Shown here: positions 42,288 through 55,479 of the stretch, in pieces
Position numbering within the stretch: the first letter of the stretch is position 1
How the letters are laid out: each line of letters begins with the position of its first letter
Source: Raillietiella orientalis
Taxonomy: Eukaryota
Assembly: GCA_036172245.1 (NCBI GenBank)
Contig: JAYWIR010000001.1
Span: 7,130,001-7,194,000 of the forward strand
DNA: 64,000 nt
Reading direction: 5' to 3'
Made by a program: the position numbers and the translations under genes
Notes under the pieces: model-generated
Seen by the model: only the letters and a program-made list of their open reading frames with translations
Told to the model about the DNA's origin: nothing
The model's database searches: none

Positions 42288-43571
42288 TCAGTCATCCAGA
42301 AATTGTATATTTGAAGGAATACGGTACTCTCCTTTTTGTAGAAGTTCCATGAAGAATTGCTCTACGGAATTCAAAGAAAACCCACGCTCGTCATCAGTTT
42401 GAGTGCAGGAATCACTAACTGTCTGAGTAGAGGAGTTCACGTATTCAACAGAGCATTGTACAGCACTATTCTGTACGCAAAAAGCAGTTTGAGATCCCTT
42501 TTCTTTTCGATGTTGTACCATCGAGAACGTGTTTTTCATCTGCTTCGCCACAGCGTGTAAGGCTCGCAATGATGAAGATGTGCAATGTTCCCAATCGGTA
42601 GCTGCAATGTCCAACTTCGTGGAATGATACGGTTTTAAAGAATCGTATTTTGCAAGCGATTCCTTCTTAGTGGTTTGGAATACTTGACGCAAAATCCTGT
42701 CAAGGATGTCCTGTACGATCTTCAAAGGTGATGCTTGTCCTCCTTCGTTCTCAGGACCAACGTAAAGCGAAACGTTAGCGCCTTCGTTTCTTGACGAACA
42801 ATCTTTTGGAGCACCACGCTGACGGCCAGAATCCAAGACACGAGTATTCTGAAAGCAAGAAAGCACTCTTGCTGCATTTTGGGAAAGCGGAGGAAGCTTT
42901 GCATTCTTCAAACGCGTTTCTTTTTTCACCGGAAAATCTTTACACGCTAGGTTTTCATAAAGACGAAAGAAGCTGATTTTGGATCCCATTTTAGATGGCA
43001 TTGAAGCACCCTGCGTAGGATAAGCATATTTGGATGCATTATCGTAGTGAACCTGCGTTTGATGCTGCTGCAAAGTTGAATAGTCTCTGTTCTTCGGTAC
43101 CACAACAGCTTACCTTCTTCTTCTCATCTGCGTAATAATCCAACACGGATCCTTCACTAATCGGGGATTCAGTTTCGGATAGCTGAAGTACAGAATTCGG
43201 AACAAGGGGACTTTCGACGAGAAAAGGGACCGCTGATCTTTTCGGTTTTCCAGAATTCATGGTTTGCTCGGTGGCATAAGAACAATCCAGGTTCACCTTC
43301 CTGATGCTGTGGTCATCCGGGTAACGAACTGTTCCTGCGTTTACAACCCTTTCGAAAGTTAAAATATTGCGTTACCGGAATCGTTAAAAGCAGACAGATC
43401 TCCCAATGCTCCCGCAATCTCCAGGTCGGTTATGTCCCTGCCTACTTTGCTTTTGGAGAACGAAAAAGAGTTCCGTTTCCGCTCTCGCTTGTGGCGCTCG
43501 AAAAAGGCCTGCTGCCTCTTTCGTTTCAGCGAGGTCGACACTCGTCTCCGTGATCCTCCTACCCAGTTCAT
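42288..43571 (-). CDS. REDIC1: C12orf40/REDIC1-like protein (DUF4552-type N-terminus)
   Basis: The start MNWVGGSRRRVSTSLKRKRQQAFFERHK...VGRDITDL matches the recalled human C12orf40 start MNWVGGSRSRV...RRKQKEYFEKH...VSLDILNL. Exons 43571-43376, 43334-43114 and 43067 to about 42288 join in phase via 41- and 46-nt introns. The 3' end is uncertain. Confidence 0.75.
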
Positions 43572-43763
43572 CTATTGTACACGGGAGTACCATTTACATT
43601 CACAGGCTGAAGCAGCGACAGGAACAGGGATCGAAGTCAAGGTGGACAATCATGCAACCCACACGCCACGGTGCCGTCCAGTTACCCGTCCGGGAAACCG
43701 GGAGCGAAGTGGTCGAATGACCGTCTAAGCGGGGTGCACACGTAAAAGGGTTTGGGAAGAACT

Positions 43764-44036
43764 TCAGTTTGAAGGACTTGGATACGGGTCCGAGGCATGG
43801 GTGATCGGCTGACCGAGCCACGAGATTTCGAAATACGATTCTACCTTAGTGAACGCGATTAGAGGAAGGATATCTTTTTGTTCAAAAACAGCGGATGCCT
43901 TTCTGAAAACAACACCAAATATCTTGGTTTTAACTGTTGTAACGAAAGCATGGATTTCCGAATAGAACGAGCGAAAAGCGAAAAGGATTGAAACCGACAG
44001 AATTGATGTTATCCATATGTATTTCTGCTCCTCCAT
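43764..44036 (-). CDS. Putative small membrane protein (about 78-90 aa)
   Basis: MEEQKYIWITSILSVSILFAF is a hydrophobic segment. A possible in-frame 36-nt intron lies at 43844-43809 (AAG|GTAGAA...GTCAG). No homology recognised. Confidence 0.25.
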   Translation of the reverse strand: MEEQKYIWITSILSVSILFAFRSFYSEIHAFVTTVKTKIFGVVFRKASAVFEQKDILPLIAFTKVESYFEISWLGQPITHASDPYPSPSN

Positions 44037-46523
44037 TTGAAGGGAATTACAGTACTGGAAACGAACCGGAAAAAAATTGTTAGCAAAACTCACTGTATAA
44101 CGCTGAGCTAAAACAAATTTCAGATTATCGTTAATTCGTGCGATGGGAAAACTGAACTATTTTTTGTTGTTGTTGTTGTTTTTCCTCTCTCTCTCTCTTT
44201 TTCCCTGTGTATGAGACAATTCTCACATTCGTTCAACAACACACTTTACATGCATTTGCGAAGTGAACCGACCGCTGCGTAAGCGTACGTTGCGCATAAA
44301 AAGTGTCGCCCCTGTTGGAATGAATATTGTTATTAGAAATAAAAACCTGTCCTGACATTTTTTTCCATAGCTGATTGAGAATAGACTTTTATAATCTGCT
44401 CAGTTCGTTCATTCTTTTGGCATGATAAATTAAAATCAGGGAAATCACAAAAAAAATTAATTATTCACGCAAGTGTGAAAGCAACCGAAAGTAGACGCGA
44501 CACATCTTGTTGGTTACATATGAATTAGGAGACTGAAAATGTTTGGTTAAATTTGCGTTACACGTTAGTATTTTTAAGTATCCAAGCAGACACTTGTACA
44601 TTTCATAAATTTCTATGAAGATGGAACTTGCCATATGTACGATTTCCGTATCAGATCAGACATGGTTACGTGAAAATGATAGCAAGAGGAATTATTTGTT
44701 TCAAATATGTAATATATAATCTTTAGCTTTGGATTTCTTGTTAACATTAACATAGTAGTCTCCAATTCTTGGTTTTTGTTTTTATTTCCAAATCTAGTAG
44801 CAGTAGTGAGTGTTACAGCTTCTTGTGTATTCCACATATCCGTATATTCTGTGTATTCTTCCAGTAAGGATATGCTTTGCTGTCAAAATTTTGCGTTTGA
44901 AAAACAAGAAAATTCCAATCATTTGCCATAACCATTATTATACTCTGCTTGAACCAGTTCGATGGCTTTACTTTTGTGTTTAAGAGTATGTTAATTATGT
45001 GGACACCCTCATGAATGATTTTTCTAATCTGATTATTCAAAGGAATAGAATTCTGTCACACTATGTTATTAAGATCTTGATTGCTGATTCTAGAAATAAT
45101 CATCGCTTAAAAAGAGTCAGACCTGCATAAGTTGAAATATTCATTTTTACTTTCCCTTAAAATACCCTTCTTTTTCAACATGAAAAATTGAATGCGAGGA
45201 GTATGCATCTTGAATAACCCCAAAATTCATGCTTACAAAACACCACGTGATACAAATGCAAAAGTTTTCTTAACATAACTCCTAAAACATGATAAAAAAT
45301 TGCATTCCTTGTATCAGGAATGACTGATGGATTAATTAGTTACTGAGATTCGCCTTGATAAGTCTATCTTTCCAAGTATTGCATTATTTTTTGAAGAATT
45401 TTATAAGTAAATGTTCTAGCTTGAGGATTGCAATTTATGAATTTCAGGAAGTCTCATGGGAATTTCAGCGGAGAACTTCATATCCAAGGTATACACAAGT
45501 GTCCCGTATATGTCATGCCAAAGAATATTTGATATACATTCATAATACTAATAATACTTCCCTTTCTTTTGAAAAAATGACTTTTTTCTCCCTGAAAAGG
45601 TGAGTGAAAATAAAGGGAAAAATGAAACTTGTGCTCACAAGCACTGGTATCGTAGATCACAGAAACCTCGAACCAGAGGAATCGATAATAAAATCGTATT
45701 TTGAGTACTAGTAACGAATGACACTTATAAAATGAATCACATCAATTGAATGAGATGCGAATAACTCGGATTGCAATATGCGGAAACATACTTAGATGCA
45801 CGGAAATGTACTGGAAAAATCCATATGTGCACATGCAAAGAGAAGTATGTGATGCCTGATTTTGCATAGCACATTAATAAATTTAGGAACTAAGAGTATT
45901 ACCACCGGAGCTGATCATGTCAATATTTTACGCTTTAATCAAAAGGACCACTCATAGTTCATGAAGGTACGATAGGATAAGGCGAATCGGCAGGGTTCTC
46001 CACACATGTGTAATAATTATATCGCACTTTCATCTGTAATAAAGGTTCTTTACTATGTATATCGATACTTATCAAGGTGAGTGCCTATCTTGTACCGTGT
46101 TCTTCAGGAAAAAGAAAAAAAAGCTGTTTTTTAACACCGTAACTACATAGTCTGATGATGAAATGTTAACTACTGTGGTTTAATGGATCACCCAATATAA
46201 TTTGAGCCAATTATTTGGGACTTCTCGGAGAATTCACTGCTGCAGAAAAATTTCAAAGATAATTTCTCCGTTCCGTACTATTCAGATGCGGCGCCACTGT
46301 TTGTGAAAGAATGCCGGTTGATATTGTTGCAAAAGAGTTTGCTGAGCCTTCACCCTGTTTTTAACAATGGCGCCGCCAAGTGTTTCCACAAGCCAAAGCT
46401 TGATAGGGCCACAAATGAAAAATCCTGCCTGACTTCCCGTGTATCCTCTTGACACTTTCGTAAATTGTACAGGAAGCGGAATAGCTGGTTGTCACACGAT
46501 GCCATTCTGCGTGGAGAAGAAAA

Positions 46524-49033
46524 ATGACAGCCACCAGAAGCACAGAGGATAAATTTGAAGTCGATAGAGAACTTGATTCCTTCTTCGAAGGTTTTTACGC
46601 ACCAATTATTCTACGCTTCTCTCCAAGAATGCCTGCTAGCTCGCAAATGTGGTTTCTGAAAAAAATTACCGATTCCCGTATCGCTGGTGGAGGGGAACTC
46701 CTCCTGAAAGTTCACCCGGAAACTCCAGCCGAAATGAGAAAGGTATCGAGTTGTCGCTGTATAATGAACTGCAATAAATTCCGCAATAGGCTGGTCTTGT
46801 TGTATATATATCGATATCTCTGCAAAGAATACTTGAAGTGGCCGAAACCACAGGGTTGCAAAGAATTGACATGCACGGAATGCTTAGGCACTTTAGAGCA
46901 CAAGATATCAATCTCTTTCTCCATGACAATAGGGCACTGAAAAACGTTTTTTCCGTATCTGATGTACAAAAGATGATATTGCACGAATTGCGACAGATTC
47001 GTGCTGTTGTCGGTGAAGATGTAGTTCCCGAAAATCCGCAATTAATATTGTATCCAGGGAGATCAATTTGTCAGTACACGATGGAGCCTTAACTGCTGAT
47101 TGTATAAACAGTTCCGATATTGCAGAGAGAAGATCTGATAGTACAGTGCTTCCCGTTACACAATTTTAAAGAACTTGCGGAACTGAAACATGCATGGCTG
47201 AATTCTATCCTAGGAGATTATCCCTTGGGTAAGACAAGCCACTGCACTATTTCAAAGTTGTTTTCAGAGATGATTCGTGGTTACTTTGGTGACGGTTTTG
47301 CAATGTACTTTGCCTTCTTATATTTTTACATTGATGCTATGCTGGGACCCTGCATTTTACTGTTTCTTAGTCTACTTCTTAAGGAAGATACCTTGTTGCA
47401 GTCGATAATCTGTTCTACTTTTCATTTCCTGTGGACCACCATCTTCCTACAAGTTATTCCCCATCAATGCGGTAGCTTTTATTAATAAACTGTGTATAGG
47501 TGTGGAAGAGGAAATATAACCAGTTAGCACATTTATGGGGTTTATTGGATTTGGAAATTTCTCGTGATCCTTTGCCAAGGAATTATGGGTCCATTCAGGA
47601 GGATCCAGTAACAGGGTCCTCAACTATGTATGAGGCACCTTGGTTGATCCATCTTAGAGTGAGTGAATAAAAGCAGCTACATTTACGAGATCAGATTTTC
47701 TTTGTCTCTATCCCATTGCTCCTTCTCTGTATGGCAGGATCACTAGCATTGATGGAGTATGCACCCTTACCCGTATCTGCACACTGGAACCATGCTTTCT
47801 ACATCCTTTTGAATCACTATACCTTCAATAAGATTGATGTACTAATAACTGATTTGGGTAACACAGGGAACTAAATAAGTACTTAATGCTGCTCTGTAGA
47901 ACATCACATTAATCCAAAAAGTTATGAGCACAGCAAACTGGCCAAGTTAATCTGTTTTGCAAGCTTCAATCACTTTGGCTACTTATGTTACATTGCTTTC
48001 TACATGAGTGACATGAATTCCTTACTGAAGGTAGACCCTAATGATCAGTCTCTATGGTAACATGTTTATTTGAAAAGCACATCCGAGCTCTATTAATATC
48101 CATGCATGCATTCATCCAGATCAGAGGATGGGCACATTATTTGTGCACTAAAGTAAGTCTACACCTATCACCTTGAATTTCTATGATTCATTTATAGATA
48201 CGTAACTGGATGTGGAACAGCAACAAATCAGCCACAAATGAGAATGCAATTCTAATGTTGCACAAACCTCGTAGCTATAGCAAAAAGACACTTCCAATTT
48301 GTCCTCGAGCACATCCTACAGTGTTGCAAACAGAGAAAGAGCTAACCTGGAGTCAACCAGAAGTAAATATCTCTTCAAAATTAAACAAACTAATTATTTT
48401 AGGAACTGACTTCATTCATGATAGAAGATTATGTGCAACTTGGTTATGTGTTTCTATTTGCTGTTCCTTGTCCTGAAATTGCTATTTGGATTCTTATTTT
48501 GAATACATTACGAGCTCGTCTTATTGCAACATGCATGTGTAGTGTTTTACAGCGTCCTGCAAACCAAGACTATTTGGCATTTGATTTATGGTGGCATGCA
48601 TATGAATTTCTTAACATAGGAGCCATTTTTAGCTTATGTTCTCTGTTGTATACCAGTAACATAAAGGAGTCACTTCCCTGGTCTGACAGCCAATGGATCA
48701 TGGCTCTTGCAATTTTTGAGCATTTTCTTTTGCTCCTTTACCTGATTATGAAGCAACTAATTCCTGCATACCCCAGCTGGATGTCTCTAGACCGAGCAAG
48801 AGCACATTACTTAATTCATATGGCAGAGAAGCAACAAGTATGAGGTCATATGAAGCAAATGGCTTAATACTGTTTGTACACAGCAATGGGTAAATTTGAA
48901 GAGCAAATTGGATCACATTGCTGGCTACATACGAGGTAAAGTCAAGCCAGAACTGCAACAAATTGGACACTTGCAACAAGAACAGATACCTCTCTATGGT
49001 ATCCACATGGATGAAGTGGAATTACTCAGGTGA
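46524..49033 (+). CDS. Anoctamin/TMEM16 family protein, divergent, ANO10 (TMEM16K)-like, 11 coding exons
   Basis: Exons 46524-46742, 46790-47069, 47112-47228, 47268-47452, 47500-47658, 47695-47857, 47900-48030, 48078-48152, 48198-48362, 48403-48837 and 48884-49033 (last less certain; an unspliced stop occurs at 48843). Motifs: FPLH, IRGYFG...MYFAFL, WKRK..QLAHLWG, PR.YG...DPVTG, TDLEHH...YEH...KL, EDY..LGYVFLF, QRP...W...EF and FEH. Confidence 0.88.
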
Positions 49034-49182
49034 AATATGGAGCTCGAAAACGCAAATACGCTCTATTCCCTTTTAGTGATTAGAGGACCTCATCAAAAAT
49101 CAATCCCTGATGCAACCAAAGCAAACGTACAAAATAAGCTAGTTACATACATTTTTTTCCAAATAGAATTTATATTTCTATC

Positions 49183-49976
<794 letters not shown>

Positions 49977-52858
49977 GTTAAAAAGGAATAGCTGATCCTT
50001 TTAAGCATACAGCACACAGAACGTGATCACGTTTGCGTATGCAAACAGGATGCGCAACTTCATCATTGTTGCTTTTCTTCTATAACTTAATGTTCTGCAA
50101 ATACAGCTTACTAACATTCCTTTTATTTCCTATACTTTAGAATTTACTAATTTTTCAAATGGATGCAAAAAAATTTCGGCTGTCTGCAAATATAAGCAAA
50201 CAGCACGTCATTCTAAATTAAAAGTAGATTCGTGCTGTCAAAATTACACTTAAAAAAATCTATTTTTCTTCTTTGGTTCGCAAAAGAAAAACAGAGGAAA
50301 AAAAATAAAAGATACATAATTATTTTTTTATATTCAAGCAGGTGGAGGGACGTAATTTAAACTATAGTCGCTTATCGAATAATTGAAGGAGAAAAATGTT
50401 TGAGCAAGAAATTCCAAGCTTTTAAAGAGAAAGGATTAATCGAATATGCACATCTGATAAAGCGGAAAAGCTACCCATGAAACCCACTTGAATCAAATTC
50501 TTTTATCACAATATGCTAAAATGTTTGCTCTGAATACAGAAAAACCATAATCCAGTGAATCGTCAGTGATGCTTTTTTTAATTTCAACTTGATTTAGGAT
50601 TTCAATCCATTTTATGAGTTGCTTCTCGAAAGTATGGAGATGTTGATCAATATTCGCCTATTTCTATGTTTAAGTAGGCTCTGTATTACTATCATTAATG
50701 TATTCACTGTAAATAAACAGTACTTATTGTACATTAAAATGAACACTTATTTCATGTAAAACTTTCTGATACAGAAAAGTTTCTCGCCAAAATGCATTGC
50801 GCACACTCTTTAATAATCATGAATTACGCAGTGCAGTAGTAAAATTCTTGCATATCGTTGCTCGCATGTACTCTTTCTCATTTAAAGAAAGAACCAGACT
50901 TTCAAGAGTTTTGCACATAGAAAGGAAAGTGTAAAATGTGAAAAACTGAAAATCAGTATCCAGTTTTCAAGATTTAGCTGCGAACAATCTTAAATAGAAT
51001 AAGTGGTATATAGATACAATAAGAACTTATACTTAAAGCATGAAATCGACAAAATTGACAAATTGAGTGCATGACATGAATTTTGAATTTTCTTTTTATG
51101 ACATCCTGATTTGCAAGAATTGTTTATTTAAAAAAATCGATAGTAAGCACAATTCAATTTAATCAATATTAAGGACCTCAGGACCTGTCTCTTCTGTTGC
51201 TTCCTTGCATACTCCATACCTTCTTCATCTCTGTATTTGAATTTTTCACTCTCTTTCTCTGAAGCAGTGAGCTTTCTTTTGAGGAGCAAGCTAGTTTTGG
51301 GGAGCTTCTCAGAACTTTTCTAAAAAGTCAGCGTGACCTCTCCAACATGTTCTTGTTCGCTTTCAATTCTCTTCGTTTCGTCACCCCTTCGAAATCTTGC
51401 TTGCCTCTGTCTGCAAAGAATGGAAGCGACGCGTTTCCCTCTTGTGATCTTTACTTCATTGCCTCTTTTTTGTTTGTTTTCTTGAGTGCTGCTGCATGAC
51501 GATGATGTGCAAGTAGCACGTTTCTTCACTCTTCTTCGCGAAATTGGCACATTCGTTCCGAATCATTGATGCAAAGAATGTGGAGCAGCAATCTTTGCTC
51601 TCTTTGTATTTTGAATTTCTTTTGCTTTCATCTCGTGTTGGATTTCCTTTTCAGCATGCTGGAATGAAAAAATTCCCCACGAAAAATAGCTTCCAAAAAT
51701 TTCGGAAGGCGTGGGGATGAAAACAGGAGACGTGTACATTCTGTTGGAATCGGCGTCAAGTTTCGTGAATTGAATGCTTGGTAACTTCCTTACAAGGGTC
51801 GAGTTCGTTGATGACATCATGGAAGTGGAAGTTCCCACCAAGGATATCGAGGAGTTTCTGAAAATTCTTGGATAAGATTAAAAAGCTAGATAAGCAAGCG
51901 CAAATAGTATTCATTCAAATACCAAAGGGATCGACTCAGAAATGAATCGAATTATTCCGAATCTTTGAAGTTCTCCCAAAACACTTTCTTGCTTGTTTCT
52001 GTGAAATCAGCGATTTCGTGAGTTCTTCCCAAATGTTTCCAGGAGCTCTCGCCCTATGACGCATGGGTCCTCCTTCCTATGCCTTGGTGCTCCTCGGATT
52101 CTGTAAACTATTTCCGCATAATCACTCTCAGCATATGCACAAACATGTTCTAGTTAACCATACCACATTTTCCTCTAATGCTAGATTTTTCCAGCCATTA
52201 CTTCCTTTTATGAAGGCTTGCCTCACGATGTGGGTGTCATCCTGTGATGTTATGCACTGATTGAGAAATAGGATGTGAAATGGAAGAGGTTTGCAGGGAG
52301 GTGGAAATCTGAATCATCGCTGCTCATGAACTTGTTTTCTCTCAAAGTTGAAATCATTCTGTTCCCCTCAGGAGTCTTTGAATTCAATCTACTCTTCATA
52401 GGAAATCTGGATTCAGAGCCTGTCCAATTTCTTCTATGAAAAAAATCTGGAATTGCTATAAGACAAATTCATGCAAAACGAAACCTGAAGCTCCAGTTTC
52501 AAGGAGGTCTTCGGTGTGTGAACTGTGTTCTTGAAGCTGTCATGTCGATGTCTCCATGCACACTTGGAAGAAGAGAGCATGAACTGTTTGTTTCCTCTCT
52601 ACTGAATGATTACCGATTGAGCTCAGTACAAATTGAACCAGCTACTTAGAGAGTGAAAGTACACGTCAATGGTACTTTAATTTTACTCCTCTGAATCGTT
52701 TCCTAACATGATTGTGGAGCCAAGACAAGAGAGTCCAATTTGTCCGAATTGTGCCAATATGAGCATTCAGCAGGGAATCATCTGAATTATTCCCAAATTG
52801 GCGATTTCAACCATACAAGTCTCACATTCGCTGATAGAGGTGTCACGACGAATAATGA

Positions 52859-53366
52859 CATTCGCAATCGCAACGAAGGAAGTTCTCTGCGTGGAAAGTG
52901 TGGCAATGGAACTTGGAGGAAATCACGAAAATGGGAAGCGAAAGAAAAAGGGGAAACATTCTTACAGATGGGACAATGCCTTTCGAAAAGTTGAACTGAG
53001 ACTGAAATAGGAGTGAGGTCAGCACCACCACTTCGCGTGAAGAGTCGGAATGTATATCTTCGAGTGCGGAAGCTGGCTGGCTGACGCGGGTAGAACTGGT
53101 GGAATTCGGAGTGCGCCGGAAGGCACCTCTGTGACTTTCACGCGGATCACAGAAGCGGTGGTGCACGACCAGCCTTGAAGAACACCCCGTTTCCTGAATG
53201 AAAGGGCGCGGAGTGGCACGTGCAGCCCGGGTTCACGCAAACCAGTCATTCCTGCACAGCCCTTGGTGTTCGCATTCTCACGCGGCAACGGCACACCTTT
53301 CGGTCGTGTGCATTGGCAAGACGACCTTCGAAAGATGCGCCTTTCAATAAAAGCACTCGGTTCAGC
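52859..53366 (+). repeat. About 510-bp dispersed repeat, arm A of an inverted pair with 57045-57558
   Basis: Blocks CATTCGCAATCGCAACGAAGGAAGTTCT, AGACTGAAAT.GGAGTGAGGTCAGC, CTTCGCGTGAAGAGTCGGAATG, GGCTGGCTGACGCGGGT and GCAAGACG..CACTCGG.TCAGC recur as reverse complements at 57045-57558. Confidence 0.85.
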
Positions 53367-54522
53367 AAGGGTCACAGAAGAGTGCAGTAGGCACCAGGGA
53401 CCAACTTTACTCAGTATTCCTTTCAAGTTTTCCTCAAACTCTCTTGAAACCACACTACACACCCCTCCTCAACCCAATTTGTTTCTTGTAAGCAATATTG
53501 CAGTGAAATTACAAAAGTCCGTGTTTCCTTTTTTTCATAGAAGGCGTTTCTTTTTCGTTGATTTCCCTAATCATTACCATCCTCACGAATAGGAGACAGA
53601 TGTCTCCTATTCGTAAGAATGTTTCCTCCTAAAATTCCCCGCTACATCACCTCTTTTGTCAACGCAGCATTTCATGGTCTTCACTTGATTGCTTACCTTA
53701 TCTGACTCCCTATTTCAAATTGTCACTTCATTGCCTCCATCTTCCTTTTGATGAGGACACTACACAGGTGTCCCATACCTATTCCCCTTCCTCATCCTGT
53801 AGCTACGATCATACCCTTCTAGCATACAAGGTGCAAATAAATTTCCGCTATGCAGCAAGAAGCAGCAGCTCTTTCCGAGCAACTTTGTGCAACATGAAAG
53901 AAGAGACCAAAGAATGGATACCCTTCGTTCGAAATGAGGCCATTCATTCATTCAGCTCCACCGTCCTCAGGTTCTAGGCACACGGCCCACTGCTTTGCTT
54001 AGTCACTAGCAACGGTGTGCTGCATCCGCAACACCGGAAGAGAAATCACTCGCATGCTAACCAAAGTATGGTTCAGTCAATCAAGCATGTTTTCAGCAAA
54101 CCAATTTTTATTCATCTTCAGGCAATGATCATTAGGCAATGCTCACTGAAAGCGCTTACTGCTCAGCTTCATTGAACGAAAGAGATTCGGAAACTCTGCT
54201 GCTTTAGATGTTGACTCGACCATTCCATTTCTTCCTCAAAGAACTGTCTTCTATCCAGGTTTTCCTCACTTCTATTTGTTTCTCAATTTCGATATCGAAA
54301 CTATGTTTCATTTTCTCTTACCCTGATTCTCCTCTTCATACTCACTCTGCATACATGTTTCAGCACTGACTAAAGAACGAACGGAACAAATATAATTCGT
54401 GGGTATACACAAACTGACCAAAGGGCCTCCCTATCTCCTGAATGTATACCTGGCAGGTACACCATCACTCAGAAATCAATAGCAACAACGATTAGATTCC
54501 CGGCGGTCCACCTCACAAGACC

Positions 54523-55430
54523 ATGAACCTACTTCAAATTCAAAGCTTCAATCCATCAGGATTCCAGAATCGAACCATCTTGTATCACGTACATATGATC
54601 GAAGCTGAAATTGATTTCCAAGCTTTGCATTCTTCATCCTGCATCCACCCACTCATACTCAAATACGCAAATAAAAACCATCAGCCAATTCACAACCCAA
54701 TTCTTAACTACGTGACCATGAACACCTTAACACATCCAGACTCCTCAGCAACACTTCACCTTACAGCCTGCACATAAGAATACCTTCCTCCCCAATCACT
54801 TTGCCAAGAGCCCTCACAAATGTATCACCTTCCTACCCAGACATATTAAAACCCTATAATAGCTACCTCTAAGCCCATAACTTATCATTATTATCTTACA
54901 TTTACAAAAAAAACAAGCTTATCCCTGCTCCATTACCTCTCAATAATTAGAAATGTTAATTTGTCAGCATATCACCTCCAAATAAAATTCAGCCATACTC
55001 TATCATGCATAGCAATCACTTTATTTAACTAATCAACCTTCGAACATTAAATATAAATTTTCAATTAATTTTACTCTGATACAAAAGATAACTAACTTTT
55101 TCACCACCTGCAAGCACAAGCACACCAAGAACCACCGTCGAACGACCATCCTCTCGTTCAACTCAAAGCCAAAAAAAATTCTAGACAGATTCACAACGAC
55201 GCTCTTATACGATGAGATCCCACATCGAATGAGACATAAAGTCGGTGAACCTTTCTTTCCCAACGCATTTACAACATCCAGGACAGCCTTTTACATCACT
55301 TCTCGTCCACCAGACGCACTCAATCTCACCTAATCCTCCCACATCCTCATCTCCACACCAAATCCCAGCTATTGGTCCACAGAGAACGAAAGTCGGTTCC
55401 CTTGCTCCTTGACCAACTTTCGAGGTTTTC
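54523..55430 (+). mobile_element. Highly decayed APE-type LINE ORF2 remnant
   Basis: MNLLQIQSFNPSGFQNR resembles an APE endonuclease start (L.I.QWN..G..NK), and the strand is strongly A/C-rich. No long ORF remains. Confidence 0.35.
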
Positions 55431-55479
55431 ATGGTTCCCCTGAGAACAAAAAAAAAAAATCCCTGTCCTGGAGGCTCTC

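Noticed and set aside
51170-52600. Possible multi-exon, Lys/Arg-rich gene on the minus strand
   Set aside because: Splice-like sites exist, but my trial joins hit stop codons and no family was recognised; left uncalled.
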